This document shows positions 63,872 to 64,000 of a stretch of DNA of 64,000 nucleotides, piece by piece (the stretch's first letter is position 1; each line of letters begins with the position of its first letter). The stretch covers positions 3,720,001 to 3,784,000 of the forward strand of contig CM120649.1 in the NCBI GenBank assembly GCA_051362555.1, written 5' to 3'. Both the position numbers and the translations under genes were made by a program. The stretch comes from Lingula anatina (Eukaryota; Animalia; Brachiopoda). Below the pieces are notes generated by a model. It made no database searches and had not been told where the DNA came from. It was given only the letters and a program-made list of their open reading frames with translations.

Positions 63872-64000
63872 GTAATTCATATATTTCTTGTTTAGAAATC
63901 AATCATTATAGGCATAATATTGTTCATTCGATACGTTTCTTGTTACGACAAAAAATGAGAGTTAAAAATCCAGTTTGCTACTTGGTATATCTGTTCATTA

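Overview
AT-rich eukaryotic genomic DNA with GT-AG introns, invertebrate-like. The taxon cannot be fixed from sequence alone. From left to right it contains: (1) a tandem array at 2.7-23 kb of four-exon genes for small secreted single-VWA-domain proteins, with two intact copies, one C-terminally truncated copy, an orphan but open fourth exon, and several decayed 'ghost' promoters; (2) a minimal hammerhead ribozyme of the Penelope-like type, sense-oriented in intron 1 of one VWA copy; (3) four minus-strand U6 snRNA loci (three intact, one pseudogene) interleaved with two five-coding-exon SLC16/MCT transporter paralogs; (4) a 5'-truncated CR1/L2-type LINE with an uninterrupted RT frame; (5) a full-length but decayed Tc1 element and many MITE/foldback elements; (6) the 5' part of a second, matrilin/collagen-like secreted VWA gene with a CArG/CRE/MEF2/TATA promoter. 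The most unusual signal is that all three intact U6 copies carry an extra G in the normally invariant ISL / U4-U6 stem II segment (CCCCUGGCGCAAGG instead of CCCCUGCGCAAGG), under a conserved lineage-specific promoter. Exon structures were built by hand and checked for phase. No database searches were run.
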